From Octopus sinensis (lineage: Eukaryota): a stretch of DNA of 64,000 nt. Below are positions 63,356 to 64,000 of this stretch, piece by piece. Position numbers and translations under genes: made by a program. Where the stretch lies: positions 133,362,001 through 133,426,000 of the forward strand of contig NC_043000.1 in assembly GCF_006345805.1 (NCBI RefSeq). The letters run 5' to 3'. The notes below the pieces were generated by a model. It was given only the letters and a program-made list of their open reading frames with translations, made no database searches and was not told the origin of the DNA. Within the stretch, counting starts at the first letter, position 1. The number at the start of each line of letters is the position of its first letter.

Positions 63356-63421
63356 CAATGGAGAATATATGTGGGACTTCAATGAAAGAAAAGCTGCTGA
63401 CATTGTTTCCTTTATGAAAGA
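63356..63421 (+). CDS. PDIA5: PDIA5 exon 14 (RNGEYMWDFNERKAADIVSFMK)
   Basis: ttttcAG acceptor, donor GTAAGC; 66 nt, phase 2 to 2; last exon in window. Confidence 0.92.
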
Positions 63422-63486
63422 GTAAGCTTTATTTTGATTTTTACTTGACAGTTTTTTTTTTTTATGTCACTAGACATAAACATATC

Positions 63487-63880
63487 TGCCACACAAAAAG
63501 CACCTGCACTGGTGCCGTGTATAAAGCACCGATGCCAGTGCTACATAAAAAGCACCCAGTACACTCTGTAGAGTGGTTGGCATTGGGAAGGACATCCAGC
63601 CATTGAAATTGTGCCAAAACAGACAATTGGAGCCTGGGCTGCTCTGTGGCTAACCAGCTCCTGTCAAACCATCCAACCCATGCCAACATAGAAAATGGAT
63701 GTTAAATGATGATGATGATGATGATCATCATCATCATCGTCATCGTTTAGCATCCGCTTTCCATGCTGGCATGGGTTGGATGGTGCAACTGGGGTCTGGG
63801 AAGCCAGAAGGCTGCACCAGGCCCAGTTTGATCTGGCAATGTTTCTATGGCTGGATGCCCTTCCTAACGCCAACCATTCC
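63487..63880. repeat. Tail-to-tail pair of family A LINE 3' ends forming an inverted repeat
   Basis: (GAT)n meets (CAT)n at GATC 63723-63726; arms about 63571-63724 and 63725-63880. Confidence 0.85.
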
Positions 63881-64000
63881 ATGATGATGATGATTTTCCT
63901 GTGCAGGTATGATTTTGAAGGTTCATCCATCTATGCTTGGCGATAAGTTAAATATATTCCTTACATGCATATAAACTAGACAAGTTTTGACTATATTATT

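Larger units (their letters stand above)
3958..63421 (+). other. PDIA5: Protein disulfide-isomerase A5 (PDIR) gene span, 14 coding exons in window, 3' end outside window
   Basis: Spliced exons read MAITLANMRLAPLILIFFVTTCVAVAASKK...DFKKLLRTKTNLLV...KKLCKKLK...FLQDPKGDIPWDEDP...[17 protein letters not shown]...GFPTIFYFENG...[24 protein letters not shown]...GFPTVKYFRNG, co-linear with vertebrate PDIA5 as I recall it ([53 protein letters not shown]). All 13 introns are GT-AG and phases are consistent. Confidence 0.95.

Overview
AT-rich, CpG-depleted animal genomic DNA. The SINE/LINE/microsatellite landscape looks like an Octopus (coleoid cephalopod) genome; this is inferred, not database-checked. 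Almost the whole window is one + strand gene, PDIA5 (protein disulfide-isomerase A5/PDIR). I reconstructed 14 GT-AG coding exons by hand (3958-63421; 1133 nt, 377 codons) that join in one open frame: signal peptide, N-terminal non-catalytic thioredoxin-like domain, then catalytic domains with WCGFC and WCGHC. The third catalytic domain and ER-retention signal should lie beyond the right edge. A CpG-rich promoter with UPR/CREB3-type, NRF1 and CCAAT motifs precedes exon 1. Introns, notably the 27.4-kb intron 1, are packed with transposon debris: several tRNA-derived SINE families (some nested, with TSDs), many RTE LINE 3' ends, R4/Dong-like, L2-like and Penelope-like fragments, a full-length dead mariner, hAT/piggyBac/pogo MITEs and two Helitron-like elements. 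The most unusual signals are a 268-bp zero-spacer palindrome whose + arm folds into a minimal hammerhead-ribozyme scaffold with a G3:C8 covariant core, other long intronic fold-backs (candidate ADAR substrates), modular SINEs with a shared head and swapped tails, and a microsatellite-seeded retroposon array. No prokaryotic systems, CRISPR arrays or true tRNA/rRNA genes are supported. Nearly all ORFs in the supplied track are spurious or transposon-derived.
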